In this document: positions 54,662 to 64,000 of the stretch, in pieces
Position numbering within the stretch: the stretch's first letter is position 1
How the letters are laid out: every line of letters starts with the position of its first letter
DNA from: an uncultured Candidatus Saccharibacteria bacterium
GTDB taxonomy: Bacteria > Patescibacteriota > Minisyncoccia > Phycocordibacterales > Phycocordibacteraceae
DNA length: 64,000 nt
Reading direction: 5' to 3'
NCBI GenBank assembly: GCA_964349555.1
Contig: CAYGGK010000002.1
Location: 9,258-73,257 of the forward strand
The notes under the pieces: generated by a model
The model's input: only the letters and a program-made list of their open reading frames with translations
What the model was told of the DNA's origin: nothing
Database searches by the model: none
Translations under genes and position numbers: made by a program

Positions 54662-56209
54662 TTATATCGAATGGCTCACGAATGTATCGAACGCCGCCCG
54701 AAGCTCTTTCTCTATATCTTCATCTATATGCTTTTCATTTCGAATTTTAGTAAGGGTTTCGGACGCCTCGCGTACTAGATAGTCTTGGAGCTTGCCCTCA
54801 GCGGCACTTACGTTCTCAGGCGAAAATGAGTCGAAATAGCCGTTTGTCGCTGCAAAAATAACTGCGGCTTCCATTTCGAAAGAAATCGGTGCCCCACGGT
54901 TCTGCTTCAACACTTCAGTCATACGGCGACCTGAGTCAATCGCCTTCTTCGTATCCGCATCAAGGTCGGAAGAAAATTGCATGAATGCCTCAAGCTCGCG
55001 AAACTGCGCGAGCTCTAGCTTAATCTTCCCGGCAACCTTTTTCATCGCTTTAGTCTGTGCGGCAGAACCGACACGAGAGACCGAGATACCGACGTTAATG
55101 GCCGGACGCTGGCCTTTATTGAAAAGATCGCTTTCAAGAAATATCTGTCCATCAGTGATAGAAATTACGTTGGTCGGGATATATGCCGAGACGTCATTCT
55201 CTTGAGTCTCGATAATCGGAAGTGCCGTGAGAGAACCGCCACCCTTCTCTTTCGAGAGTTTCGCTGATCGCTCAAGAAGACGTGAATGCAGGTAGAAGAT
55301 GTCTCCAGGATACGCTTCACGGCCCGGCGGACGGCGCAAGAGAAGCGACATTTGCCGGTATGCGACTGCCTGTTTGGAGAGGTCGTCATAGACGACAAGC
55401 GCATCCTTCCCCGCCTTCATGAAGTGTTCGCCGATAGTTGCACCCGCAAACGGCGCGAGAAACTGAAGAGCCGCAGGCGCAGAAGCTGGTGCCGTCACAA
55501 TAATCGTATAGTCCATCGCACCCTTCTCTGACAGTTCAGCGACAAGCTTCGCCGTCTTCGATTCTTTTTGACCGATAGCAACATATATGCAGATGGGGCG
55601 CGTCTCTGTCGGTTCATTTTTCTGGTTCAAGATCGTATCTATCGCTATGGTGGTTTTGCCGGTACCGCGATCGCCGATAATAAGCTCGCGCTGTCCGCGA
55701 CCGATGGGTATCATGGTGTCGATCGCCTTGATGCCCGTATGAAGAGGTGTGTTTACCGGTGCACGATCAATCACTCCATATGCTTCATTCTCAATAGGAC
55801 TGTCGATAGTGTTCTCCACCGGGCCCTTGCCATCAACCGGTTCGCCAAGTGGGTTAACCACGCGCCCCACAAGCTCATCCCCGACAGGTATGGAAAGAAG
55901 TCGCTTGAGACGACGTACGAGCATTCCCTCATAAATTCGCGCCGTATCGCCGAGAATCACCGCGCGCACTCCGTCTTCTTCTAGATTGAGAACGAGGCCG
56001 TATATCGGCGAAACATCCTTGAGCGCTTCTTCGAGCGTACGGTCAAATGTGGGGTCAAAGAGCACCATCTCATTCATTATCGCGTTCGTGAGTCCGTCAA
56101 TTTCTGCGATGCCGTCGCCTGTCGCGCGAACAACGCCGACCTCTTCAGTGCCTCCCTTCGGGCTCCACGCCGCTATCTCTGCTTCTATTTTTTTAATGAC
56201 GGATTCCAT
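54662..56209 (-). CDS. atpA: F1 ATP synthase alpha subunit
   Basis: Walker A GDRGTGKT; start taken at MESVIKK (56209). Confidence 0.95.
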   Translation of the reverse strand: MESVIKKIEAEIAAWSPKGGTEEVGVVRATGDGIAEIDGLTNAIMNEMVLFDPTFDRTLEEALKDVSPIYGLVLNLEEDGVRAVILGDTARIYEGMLVRRLKRLLSIPVGDELVGRVVNPLGEPVDGKGPVENTIDSPIENEAYGVIDRAPVNTPLHTGIKAIDTMIPIGRGQRELIIGDRGTGKTTIAIDTILNQKNEPTETRPICIYVAIGQKESKTAKLVAELSEKGAMDYTIIVTAPASAPAALQFLAPFAGATIGEHFMKAGKDALVVYDDLSKQAVAYRQMSLLLRRPPGREAYPGDIFYLHSRLLERSAKLSKEKGGGSLTALPIIETQENDVSAYIPTNVISITDGQIFLESDLFNKGQRPAINVGISVSRVGSAAQTKAMKKVAGKIKLELAQFRELEAFMQFSSDLDADTKKAIDSGRRMTEVLKQNRGAPISFEMEAAVIFAATNGYFDSFSPENVSAAEGKLQDYLVREASETLTKIRNEKHIDEDIEKELRAAFDTFVSHSI

Positions 56210-56210
56210 A

Positions 56211-56456
56211 TCAAGCGATGATGTTCTTATAAATGTCCAGGAGTGCACGCTTCCCGGTGTGGTCGGTGAGTACGCCGTTTTCTATCGTGCGCCACCCTGA
56301 GATAAGCGATGGGTTTTCCTCCACCGTTTCTACTTTAGAACTGAACTTCTTCGCCCGCACTTCTTCCAGGTGGAGTTCACGGAGTACGCGAGGAAGGAGC
56401 TTTAGGCGCCCCGTACGCCTCAAGTGTTCAACAAATGTGTCGTAGTTCTTGATCAT
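56211..56456 (-). CDS. atpH: ATP synthase delta (OSCP) subunit, truncated form (C-terminal region only, 81 aa)
   Basis: Operon position between atpF and atpA; SLISGWRTIENGVLTDHTGKRALLDI resembles the delta C-terminal block. Confidence 0.5.
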   Translation of the reverse strand: MIKNYDTFVEHLRRTGRLKLLPRVLRELHLEEVRAKKFSSKVETVEENPSLISGWRTIENGVLTDHTGKRALLDIYKNIIA

Positions 56457-56893
56457 TTTTTCATTATTTTTTCTGCGGCGAGAACGGCGAGACGCGCTAC
56501 CTCTCTTTCACTCTCTCGCATAGATCGTACGGCAGTTTCTTTAGCGCGCGCGTCCGCATCGCGCGCAATCGCGAGCGCGCGCGCTTCAGCTTCCTTGAGC
56601 AGTTTTGCTCTCTCATCGAGAGCGGCCCGACGCGCCTGCTCCACAATATCGCTTGCTTCAACTTCTGCGGCATGCGTACGCGCTTGTATCTCAACCCCCG
56701 TCTCTGTAAGACGTTTTGCGGATTCTTCCGCGTCGTTAACGCCTTTTGTAATGATCCGTTCACGCTCCTTCACCATATTCAACACCGGCTTGTACAGAAG
56801 CCAGGTAAGCAAGGCGGCAAGAATGCCGAAGTTAATCGTTTGTGCGATTAACAAATGCCAATCAATGCCGAAGGTGGTAAACAGCGCTCCCAT
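56453..56893 (-). CDS. atpF: Fo ATP synthase subunit b
   Basis: N-terminal TM plus long Ala/Glu/Arg-rich coiled coil. Confidence 0.85.
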   Translation of the reverse strand: MGALFTTFGIDWHLLIAQTINFGILAALLTWLLYKPVLNMVKERERIITKGVNDAEESAKRLTETGVEIQARTHAAEVEASDIVEQARRAALDERAKLLKEAEARALAIARDADARAKETAVRSMRESEREVARLAVLAAEKIMKK

Positions 56894-56898
56894 GGTTC

Positions 56899-57132
<234 letters not shown>

Positions 57133-57137
57133 TTATG

Positions 57138-57920
57138 TTAAGTTGCTAAACGCACGCCCGCTCCCCGCTCATCTCTCTCGTGTTCTTCATGTAGCTGAAT
57201 TGCGATCTTCGTAAAGAAGAGGGTAAGAAGCGCAAAAATAGCAGCCTGTATAAACCCGACAAACACCTCAAACGCCACAAACGGCACGGGAAGAACGTAG
57301 GGTACAAAAGACAGTACCACAAGAATCAATACTTTTCCTGCAAAAATATTCCCAAACAGACGGAATGAGAAAGAAATAAGACGGGCGATTTCTGACATCA
57401 GTTCAATAAGGCCGACGGCAAAAGCCATTGGAGACTTGAACGAAATAAATTTTGAGCCGTAAGTAAAAGCGCCAAGTACCACAATACCTGCGATTTCTAT
57501 AGTAAAAAAAGCGATGAAAGAAAGTGCGAGCGTTAGGTTCAGGTCAGTTGCTCCCGGATAAAAAAAAGGAATGAGCTCGTCTCCATGCATGACCCCTATA
57601 GAAGCTACAAACGGAAGGAGCCCAAACCAATTTATACAGAGTACAAAAAGGAATAGTGTCATGATAATAGGAAACACTTTGTCCGCAACAGAATCATTCT
57701 CTAAAGTATCGCGTACTAGATTATATGGATACATAATCAAAAGTTCTACTACCGTTTGGAACCTGCGCGGTTTCAATGTAAGCGAGCGTCCAACCACATA
57801 CGCAAATACGATAAGAAGAAGTGCCACCACGACCGCGGTAAGCAACGTATTCGTCACCGGGATACCGCCGATATGAAAAAGCGCCAGAGGCGCCAGGTGA
57901 ATTGCTATTTCTCCGTGCAT
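57138..57920 (-). CDS. atpB: Fo ATP synthase subunit a
   Basis: 5-6 TM; conserved Arg region ..ISFSFRLFGNIFAGKVLIL. Confidence 0.85.
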   Translation of the reverse strand: MHGEIAIHLAPLALFHIGGIPVTNTLLTAVVVALLLIVFAYVVGRSLTLKPRRFQTVVELLIMYPYNLVRDTLENDSVADKVFPIIMTLFLFVLCINWFGLLPFVASIGVMHGDELIPFFYPGATDLNLTLALSFIAFFTIEIAGIVVLGAFTYGSKFISFKSPMAFAVGLIELMSEIARLISFSFRLFGNIFAGKVLILVVLSFVPYVLPVPFVAFEVFVGFIQAAIFALLTLFFTKIAIQLHEEHERDERGAGVRLAT

Positions 57921-57976
57921 ATATACATCCTAGCAGAAGACCGTTTTGTATTCACGCTCAGTATGAACTGCTATTT

Positions 57977-58492
57977 TTAGCGGTAGACGGCGATACTTTG
58001 CCGTATGACCACTTGGTCGCGTGACTTGAGGTACTCGCCGAGATAATCAAACCAGACTTTGAGAAAATCCTCTCGTTTTAATTTTCGCATGCCACCGATT
58101 TCGGGGTCCTGGAGATAGATATACTTCTTATCCAGTCCGACTGCTATGGAGTAGTGTCCGTCGGCAGTAAACCAGTCAGGGTCGTCGCTCCTGCCCTTGG
58201 TGAACCAATCAACGACAACCGGTATGTCTTTTTTAAGATACTTTTCTATGTCCTTAAACGTAGAGTAGTTTTTAACTTTGGCTTTTAGACCGAAGTGTTT
58301 GAGGCCTTTAACAAAATCCTCGACCGTCGTGCCAGTTTTCTCGGTGGTCCCCAGGAGGCGTGCCAGCTCTTTCTCTGATTTTTCAATACCGTAGTATTGC
58401 AGGAGCATTTTAAGTGTTGCCGGAGCGCAATAACTTTTATAGAGCGTTTCCTGAAAAGGTTTGACGGCAAGCAGTGCGCTCTTTTTACTCAC
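57977..58492 (-). CDS. C39_2-like papain-fold cysteine peptidase (paralogue of the C-terminal domain of 35119..36762)
   Basis: YCAPATLKMLLQYYG (Cys) ... DGHYSIAVG (His). Confidence 0.5.
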   Translation of the reverse strand: MSKKSALLAVKPFQETLYKSYCAPATLKMLLQYYGIEKSEKELARLLGTTEKTGTTVEDFVKGLKHFGLKAKVKNYSTFKDIEKYLKKDIPVVVDWFTKGRSDDPDWFTADGHYSIAVGLDKKYIYLQDPEIGGMRKLKREDFLKVWFDYLGEYLKSRDQVVIRQSIAVYR

Positions 58493-58503
58493 GATGAGGT
58501 TAT

Positions 58504-58770
58504 TTATGCGCGGGCGCGCTTGAGGGCGCGCGCGAGGCGGGATTTTTTACGGGCGGCCGTGTTCTTCTTAATAACGCCGCGCTTCATCGCCTTGTCTATC
58601 GCTTGGTACGCCAATGGGAGGAGTTTCTCTGCTCCGGCGACGTCATTTTTAGAGAGGGCCTTCAGGAGCGACTTCGCCACATCGTGGAGCGCCTCCTTAC
58701 GACGTACGTTGAAGATGTGCTTCTTCGCAGAAGAGCGAATCGCTTTTTTTGCCGAGCTGGTAATAGCCAT
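58504..58770 (-). CDS. rpsT: 30S ribosomal protein S20
   Basis: MAITSSAKKAIRSSAKKHIFNVRRK.. canonical S20. Confidence 0.9.
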   Translation of the reverse strand: MAITSSAKKAIRSSAKKHIFNVRRKEALHDVAKSLLKALSKNDVAGAEKLLPLAYQAIDKAMKRGVIKKNTAARKKSRLARALKRARA

Positions 58771-58828
58771 AGATACTTCATATATACGCTATCTCCCGTT
58801 CTATGGCAAATGGTAGTACGATACAAGA

Positions 58829-59374
58829 ATGATTCGGCAGATTCGTGGGAAGGTGCTCCATGTGGGGCTCGTAAGCGCCGTTATAGAGGTCGCTGGTTTC
58901 GGCGTAGAAGTGCGGATGAGCTCTCCGCAGGCGCTGGTTGTCGGAGGGGAAGCAAACCTTGCGACACATCTGGCGCTGAAGCAAGACGGCCTTGAGCTCT
59001 ACGGATTCTCTGACGCGGCCGACCGCGACTTCTTTGAGCTCATTCTCTCGGTCTCCGGGGTAGGGCCAAAGACCGCACTTTCGGTACTGCGCCGCGCGCC
59101 GCGCGCGGCGCTTGAGGGCGCTATCGGGACACGCGATCTTGCATACCTCACCAAGGTCGTCGGGCTCGGCAAAAAGAGTGCGGAAAAGATGTTGGTGGAG
59201 CTCGCGGATAAAGTGGGGCCGCAGTCTCACTCTCGTGAAGACGGAGAGGTCTTTGATACGCTCGTCGCGCTCGGCTATACCGAGCGCGAGGCGCGAAAGG
59301 CTCTTCAAACTATCCCCGCCGACGCCATCGGCAAAGAAGAGCGACTCAAGGCGGCGCTCTCTTCTCACGCATGA
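58829..59374 (+). CDS. ruvA: Holliday junction DNA helicase RuvA
   Basis: MIRQIRGKVLHVGLVSAVIEVAGFGVEV.. OB domain I, HhH domain II (GVGPKTALSVL), domain III. Confidence 0.9.
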   Translation: MIRQIRGKVLHVGLVSAVIEVAGFGVEVRMSSPQALVVGGEANLATHLALKQDGLELYGFSDAADRDFFELILSVSGVGPKTALSVLRRAPRAALEGAIGTRDLAYLTKVVGLGKKSAEKMLVELADKVGPQSHSREDGEVFDTLVALGYTEREARKALQTIPADAIGKEERLKAALSSHA

Positions 59375-60600
59375 CACGCCTGCGACGACGACTGCTCGCG
59401 CCTTATCACTATGCGTGGGCGCTCTTCTCGGCATTTTGGTACGGCTTCCCCGCGAGGCGGCTGGTAGTCATCGGCGTGACCGGTACAAAGGGTAAGTCGT
59501 CAGTCGCGGAAATGCTCTACGCGATATTCACCGCGGCCGGGCACAGAACGGCTCTCGCGGGAACGATTCGGTTTGCAGTGGGAGAAGAATCACGCCCGAA
59601 CCTCTTTAAGATGACATTGCCGGGGCGGGGATTTATTCAAAAATTCCTCGCAGAGGCACTCACGAAAAAGTGCACGCACGTCGTTATCGAGATTACCAGC
59701 GAAGCGACGCTCCAGTACCGGCACCTGTACCTTAACCTTGATGGACTTATCGTAACGAACATACGGCCCGAACACATTGAAAGCCATGGTTCATTTAAAA
59801 AATACGTAGAAGCGAAACGCTCTATTGTTGATGCACTCGTTCGTTCTCCAAAACATTCGAAAATACTCGTTGCTAATTCTGATATTGCAGAAACTCGTGA
59901 GTTTTTGTCGGCCCCTGTCTCTCGAACAATTGGATTTAGCGCAAATGAGCTCAAAAACATTTCCGGGGACGAGCGGAGTATGCGTTTTGAATACAAGGAA
60001 ACGCCATTTTCTCTCCCTCTCCCGGGCGTCTTCAATGCGATGAACGCTCTCTCTGCCATTAAGCTTGGCGAGGCACTGGGGATTCCCCTCTCCACGGCCT
60101 CGAGAGCGCTCGCCGCGCTCACGCCGATTCGAGGAAGGGTTGAACATGTTGACGCAGGACAGGACTTCCTTGTCGTCGTTGATTATGCCCACACGCCCGA
60201 CTCGCTTCGAGCACTCTACGACGCATTTCCACACCATCGAAAAATTTGTGTCCTTGGTAACACCGGCGGCGGACGCGATAAAGGGAAGCGTCCGTTAATG
60301 GGGGCCATCGCGGACGAGCTATGTGAGAAGGTTATTCTCACAAACGAGGACCCTTACGACGAAGATCCGCGAGGCATCGTGGAGATGATGGCACGCGATA
60401 TGAAGCGCGCGCCGGAGATCATCATGGACCGACGTTCCGCGATTCGCTCCGCGATTCGCTCCGCACGACCCGGAGACGCCGTCCTTATCTCTGGCAAAGG
60501 AACCGATCCCTATATCATGGGTCCGAGAGGCTCTAAAGAACCGTGGAGCGACGCTGTTGTCGTTCGTGAGGAGCTCGAGAGACTTCTTGCGGAAATTTGA
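59371..60600 (+). CDS. Mur ligase family protein lacking N-terminal domain (MurE/MurF-like)
   Basis: P-loop VIGVTGTKGKSS, DYAHTPDSL motif, C-terminal domain; 409 aa. Confidence 0.7.
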   Translation: MTRLRRRLLAPYHYAWALFSAFWYGFPARRLVVIGVTGTKGKSSVAEMLYAIFTAAGHRTALAGTIRFAVGEESRPNLFKMTLPGRGFIQKFLAEALTKKCTHVVIEITSEATLQYRHLYLNLDGLIVTNIRPEHIESHGSFKKYVEAKRSIVDALVRSPKHSKILVANSDIAETREFLSAPVSRTIGFSANELKNISGDERSMRFEYKETPFSLPLPGVFNAMNALSAIKLGEALGIPLSTASRALAALTPIRGRVEHVDAGQDFLVVVDYAHTPDSLRALYDAFPHHRKICVLGNTGGGRDKGKRPLMGAIADELCEKVILTNEDPYDEDPRGIVEMMARDMKRAPEIIMDRRSAIRSAIRSARPGDAVLISGKGTDPYIMGPRGSKEPWSDAVVVREELERLLAEI

Positions 60601-60612
60601 TATTATGCTCTC

Positions 60613-61572
60613 ATGAAAATGAACGACGCGTGGTTTTTCGTTGGCGTTTTAGTCTTTATATTCATCATTTGGATCGCGGTGGGCGGCCCGCTCCGCACGC
60701 CTTCCCTTTCTGTTCCAACCGTTAAGCAAGGCGCGCTCGGCGGCGAAACGTATATACGGCTCCCGCGCGCGCCGTACGACATAGGCAACTCAAGCACCGT
60801 CCTTGTCGGCTCGTCGGACGGTGGAAGCTACTACGGTAGCTCAGGCGACTCAGGCCCTCTTCCCGTCTCTCTCGAGGGAGTTTTGATTGGCACGCCGTCT
60901 CCTTATCGCGGCGCCGTTTCAATGAGTCATTATGTGATAAATGCCAGTTCATCAAACTTTGGCACTGAATATGTACAATTAGCAGTCGCGCAGAACGCCG
61001 GAGCGCCCGTGGACATCACCGGGTGGAGGCTCGTGAGCGAAGTGACCGGCAAGGCGGCCATAGTACCGAGGGGTACCGTAGTCCCAACCTCGGGCATCGT
61101 GAACCAGGTGCAAAACATTGTTCTTCTCCCGGGCGAACGCGCGTTCATCGTTTCTGGCCTCTCTCCTGTCGGCACATCCTTCCGCGAAAATAAGTGTGTC
61201 GGATACTTAAGCACCTTCCAGCAATTTTCTCCATCCTTGCCACAAAATTGCCCGGTACCGCGAGACGAGCTCGCGGCATTCTATGGGGCCTATTACGTCC
61301 GCGATTCAACCTGCGTAGAATATGTGAACACGCTCCCGCGATGCGAAACAGTGCTTTTCCCTCCAAAAACTCTTTCAAAAGAGTGTAGAAACTTCACGAC
61401 CCAGCACTTCAATTACAACGCCTGCGTCTCTGCACACAGAAACGATACTAACTTTAACGGCACCGTGTGGCACCTCTATCTCGGCCGAGACAAACATATG
61501 TGGCGCGCCAAGTACGAGATCGTGAAGCTCCTCGACGCGAGCGGCAAAACGGTAGACGCGTTTAGCTACTGA
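60613..61572 (+). CDS. secreted/membrane-anchored hypothetical protein
   Basis: N-terminal TM WFFVGVLVFIFIIWIAVGG; Cys pairs in the C-terminal half; no family. Confidence 0.35.
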   Translation: MKMNDAWFFVGVLVFIFIIWIAVGGPLRTPSLSVPTVKQGALGGETYIRLPRAPYDIGNSSTVLVGSSDGGSYYGSSGDSGPLPVSLEGVLIGTPSPYRGAVSMSHYVINASSSNFGTEYVQLAVAQNAGAPVDITGWRLVSEVTGKAAIVPRGTVVPTSGIVNQVQNIVLLPGERAFIVSGLSPVGTSFRENKCVGYLSTFQQFSPSLPQNCPVPRDELAAFYGAYYVRDSTCVEYVNTLPRCETVLFPPKTLSKECRNFTTQHFNYNACVSAHRNDTNFNGTVWHLYLGRDKHMWRAKYEIVKLLDASGKTVDAFSY

Positions 61573-61694
61573 ATATAGATTGTGGATGCAAGGTGTAAGT
61601 GGTAGAAATATACATACGCGCCCGTATGGAGTACCATACTGTGCGCTCGCTCGGAGTGAGAGAATATGAGTAAACTCAATCCTCTCATCCTCGC

Positions 61695-61767
61695 TCGCGC
61701 CCGTAGCTCAGTCGGTAGAGCAGGTCCCTTTTAAGGACAAGGTCGTTGGTTCGATCCCAACCGGGCG
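61695..61767 (+). tRNA. tRNA-Lys (anticodon TTT)
   Basis: Manual fold: acceptor GCGCCCG/CGGGCGC, D-loop AGTCGGTA, anticodon loop CTTTTAA, T-loop TTCGATC. Confidence 0.8.
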
Positions 61768-61920
61768 CACAAATTTATTCTCTCCAGATTTTTATAACGC
61801 ACATAGGTAGTGGACAGATATAGAGCGCTTTGTTCACGCGATCATAGTACGCGCCTATCCAAAAATCGTACCAGAGAAAGTTGAGTTTTATTTTTAGTTT
61901 CTTCTGGCTTGGCATACAAC

Positions 61921-62688
61921 TTATTCCACCTCAATCAAGAGCGGGGAGTGGTCTGAGACTTCATCAGGTAGCACTTTAAAATCTTTGAGATGTACACCAC
62001 TACTGATGAAGGCGTAATCTGCAAACTTTTGCGGCTTTGTATAAAAGCTCGTTCTGGTCGAGGTCACTTCAAACTCCCTAATGAGATTCCGCAGTCCAGC
62101 CTCTTCGAGTTCCCGTATGCTCTTTGTATCGGGGAGCAAATTAAAGTCTCCGCACAAGACATAGTCTCCATCAAGTTTTTTAGTAAAGGTAAGAATGTTT
62201 TTTGACTGCTGGATTCTATCTTCCGTGTCCGTCTTGCCCTTACCGTTCCATAGGCCATGAAAATTTATTACGGTAACTGGTCGGCCATTTAAGGTGATTG
62301 TAACGTATTGAATATTACGAGCATGGTTGCCCATATCATCATCTGAAACGTATCCCTTCTCTTTATACACAAAAACTTCTCCTTCGCTAATCACGTTATG
62401 TTCCTTCTTTACAAGCATAAGCAATCCATAATTGTCGCCTAGTAGTGGACGAAAAAATGCTGTGTGACTCGGGAGTGCTTCAGATATTTCTCGCAAAGCA
62501 TGCACCATAATCTGTGTGTTATGTAAGGGAATGCCGCCAGCTAAACGGCCTTCTAGGTGCTCATAGGGCGCAGACCATACCTCCTGCAAACAAAAAATAT
62601 CCGTCGTGTCTGCATGCATTTCAAAAAAATCAAGAAGTTTTTTCTTCCCCGCTCTCCCGCCCCACGTGTTGAGAGAAATAATTCGCAT
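61921..62688 (-). CDS. endonuclease/exonuclease/phosphatase (EEP) family protein
   Basis: MRIISLNTWGG.. FCLQEV N-terminal motif; C-terminal SDHSPL. Confidence 0.75.
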   Translation of the reverse strand: MRIISLNTWGGRAGKKKLLDFFEMHADTTDIFCLQEVWSAPYEHLEGRLAGGIPLHNTQIMVHALREISEALPSHTAFFRPLLGDNYGLLMLVKKEHNVISEGEVFVYKEKGYVSDDDMGNHARNIQYVTITLNGRPVTVINFHGLWNGKGKTDTEDRIQQSKNILTFTKKLDGDYVLCGDFNLLPDTKSIRELEEAGLRNLIREFEVTSTRTSFYTKPQKFADYAFISSGVHLKDFKVLPDEVSDHSPLLIEVE

Positions 62689-62697
62689 ACTCCCGGA

Positions 62698-63366
62698 TTA
62701 TATTGAAAGAGCGAAACGCTCGAGGGAAAGGGAGAGGTCGAGGTCGCCACGGCGAGAGGACTGGAGGAGAGAAATAAGAGAGAGAGAAAGCGCGCGAGAT
62801 TCATTCGGCTTCCAGGCGCGACTTCCTTTTTCCATCAGGTCGCGTGCCTTCCAGTGGAGGAGGCCGTGGAGCATCTCGGGCGCGTCACCCTCCCGAAGCG
62901 CGCGGTTGATTTCAAGCCAGAGTTTCTCGCGTGAACGGTTCGCGAGTGCATTTACAAGATTGGCGTTGAATCCTCTTTCGGTTGTCCCTGCCTGCGCAGG
63001 CAGGTCGTATTTGTATTCAACTTTTGCCTTCGCGGCGAGCTTCTTCGCCTTCGCCAGCGCAAGCTTAGGAGCAAGAATAATGATCGCATTGTCAGACGCG
63101 GCGAGAGTGTCAAGATGTTCTTCAAGAATACTTTTCGTTTCTTCGTCCTCCTCATTTTTTTGAAACGGGTCGTCAATAAGTATAAGGAGCCGTTTAACGA
63201 AGAGCCCACCTGAGAGCGCCGCGTCTTCAAACGCGGCGCTCGACAACTCCTCGCGCGCGAGACGCACGTAGGCGAGGTTTGGCTCTTTCGCGCGCGCGCT
63301 CGCGACCCACTCAAATGCTTTCGCTCGTGTCTTTGAGACATCGGAGCCGTGAAATAAGTAGATCAT
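62698..63366 (-). CDS. holA: DNA polymerase III delta subunit (HolA), short form
   Basis: MIYLFHGSDVSKTRAKAF.. typical HolA N-terminus; carries a family-2 palindrome (DLPAQAGT). Confidence 0.65.
   Translation of the reverse strand: MIYLFHGSDVSKTRAKAFEWVASARAKEPNLAYVRLAREELSSAAFEDAALSGGLFVKRLLILIDDPFQKNEEDEETKSILEEHLDTLAASDNAIIILAPKLALAKAKKLAAKAKVEYKYDLPAQAGTTERGFNANLVNALANRSREKLWLEINRALREGDAPEMLHGLLHWKARDLMEKGSRAWKPNESRALSLSLISLLQSSRRGDLDLSLSLERFALSI
62987..63004. repeat. family-2 18-bp perfect palindrome CCTGCCTGCGCAGGCAGG in-frame in holA
   Basis: Identical to 8172..8189. Confidence 0.8.
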
Positions 63367-64000
63367 AATGACAGCATAGCGCCCCAGTTTGGGCCGGTTT
63401 TTACCGTCGCGATAATAGGCACGCCGCGCGCCTCCTCGCTCGACAGAACGGACTCCATAATCTCTTTTATTTCCGCGCCGAGCGAGGAGGCGCGCTCCGT
63501 ACGTATTTCATATACGAGCTCGTCATGCACTTGGAGCAGGAGGTATGCGTCTTCCACGGCCTTTTCTTTTTCAATCATCTGATCTACGCGCACCATGGCG
63601 AGCTTTATGATGTCCGCCTGCGTCCCCTGTATCGGCGCATTGATGGCCATGCGCTCCGCCTGCGCCCGCACATATGGCAGAGAGGACTTCATCTCCGGGA
63701 ACTGGCGGCGTCGGCCAAAAAAAGTCTCCGTATAACCGTTTTTACGCGCGAATCCCTTCACGCTCTCCAGATAGTCAGAAAGAGTTTTAAACGTGCTGAA
63801 GTAATCTTCTAGATACTGATGTGCTTCGGCAGTCGTGCTCCCGAGTTGCGCGCGAAGAGCGTTAACACCCATACCGTAGAGGATGCCGAAGTTAATAATC
63901 TTCGCTCGCCGACGCATCTCGGCGTCAACGCGTTCCGCCGGAACGTGGAATACCTGCGAAGCGACTTCTTGGTGCACATCTCTTTCCGTTTTAAAAATGC
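63363..64000 (-). CDS. polA: DNA polymerase I, C-terminal polymerase domain (5' part of gene beyond window)
   Basis: Motif B RRRAKIINFGILYGMG, motif C LLQVHDELVYE; ORF open to the window edge. Confidence 0.85.
   Translation of the reverse strand, partial: IFKTERDVHQEVASQVFHVPAERVDAEMRRRAKIINFGILYGMGVNALRAQLGSTTAEAHQYLEDYFSTFKTLSDYLESVKGFARKNGYTETFFGRRRQFPEMKSSLPYVRAQAERMAINAPIQGTQADIIKLAMVRVDQMIEKEKAVEDAYLLLQVHDELVYEIRTERASSLGAEIKEIMESVLSSEEARGVPIIATVKTGPNWGAMLSL

Overview
This 64 kb window is a gene-dense, mostly minus-strand stretch of bacterial housekeeping chromosome with about 55% GC. It looks like a reduced genome: the ATP synthase delta subunit is truncated, there are large repeat-rich surface proteins, and a pilMNO operon is present. 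It may be CPR/Patescibacteria-like, but that is an inference.

Identified genes by function (listed roughly in window order within each group):
- DNA replication, repair and division: ftsK, recA, ssb, recO, ruvX, ruvA, holA, and partial polA at the right edge.
- Translation: efp, rpsF, rpsR, rpsT, rplK, rplS, four aminoacyl-tRNA synthetases (metG, glyQS, ileS, argS) and a CsaA-like tRNA-binding protein.
- Transcription and export: ECF sigma factor, nusG, secE.
- Nucleotide and one-carbon metabolism: glyA, thyA, a HIT protein, dCMP deaminase and a cytidylyltransferase-like protein.
- Other metabolism and envelope: thrC, prephenate dehydratase, uppS, a polyprenyl synthase, a Mur ligase.
- Energy: the complete F1Fo ATP synthase operon atpBEFHAGDC.
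- Nine intact tRNAs plus three tRNA-like fragments.

The most unusual content:
1. Short GC-rich perfect palindromes inserted in-frame inside essential genes, in the manner of Rickettsia palindromic elements. One family of 28 bp has four copies, in ssb, glyQS, ruvX and a tRNA-like locus, encoding a '..AEGGSASGG..' peptide. A second family, 'CCTGCCTGCGCAGGCAGG', occurs in metG/tatD, ileS and holA and encodes 'LPAQAG'. ArgRS carries a further hairpin pair in a linker.
2. A REP-associated tyrosine transposase (RAYT, IS200-like Y1 transposase) flanked by perfect 19-bp inverted REP-like repeats.
3. An IleRS that carries a roughly 195-aa histidine-phosphatase (PGM-like, 'RHGE...SPLxRTxET...THG') domain inserted between the editing and KMSKS regions.
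4. A roughly 5 kb low-GC island next to tRNA-Leu containing a putative secreted Cys-rich peptide, membrane protein, unknown protein and 7TM histidine kinase operon, a large C39-like protease, a hydrolase and the RAYT element.
5. Two genes interrupted by single in-frame stops: kdsB by TAG, and a secreted Gly-rich protein by TGA after its signal peptide.

No rRNA genes or CRISPR arrays were seen. All coordinates come from manual reading of the sequence and ORF track. tRNA folds and motif matches were judged by eye, not by tools.
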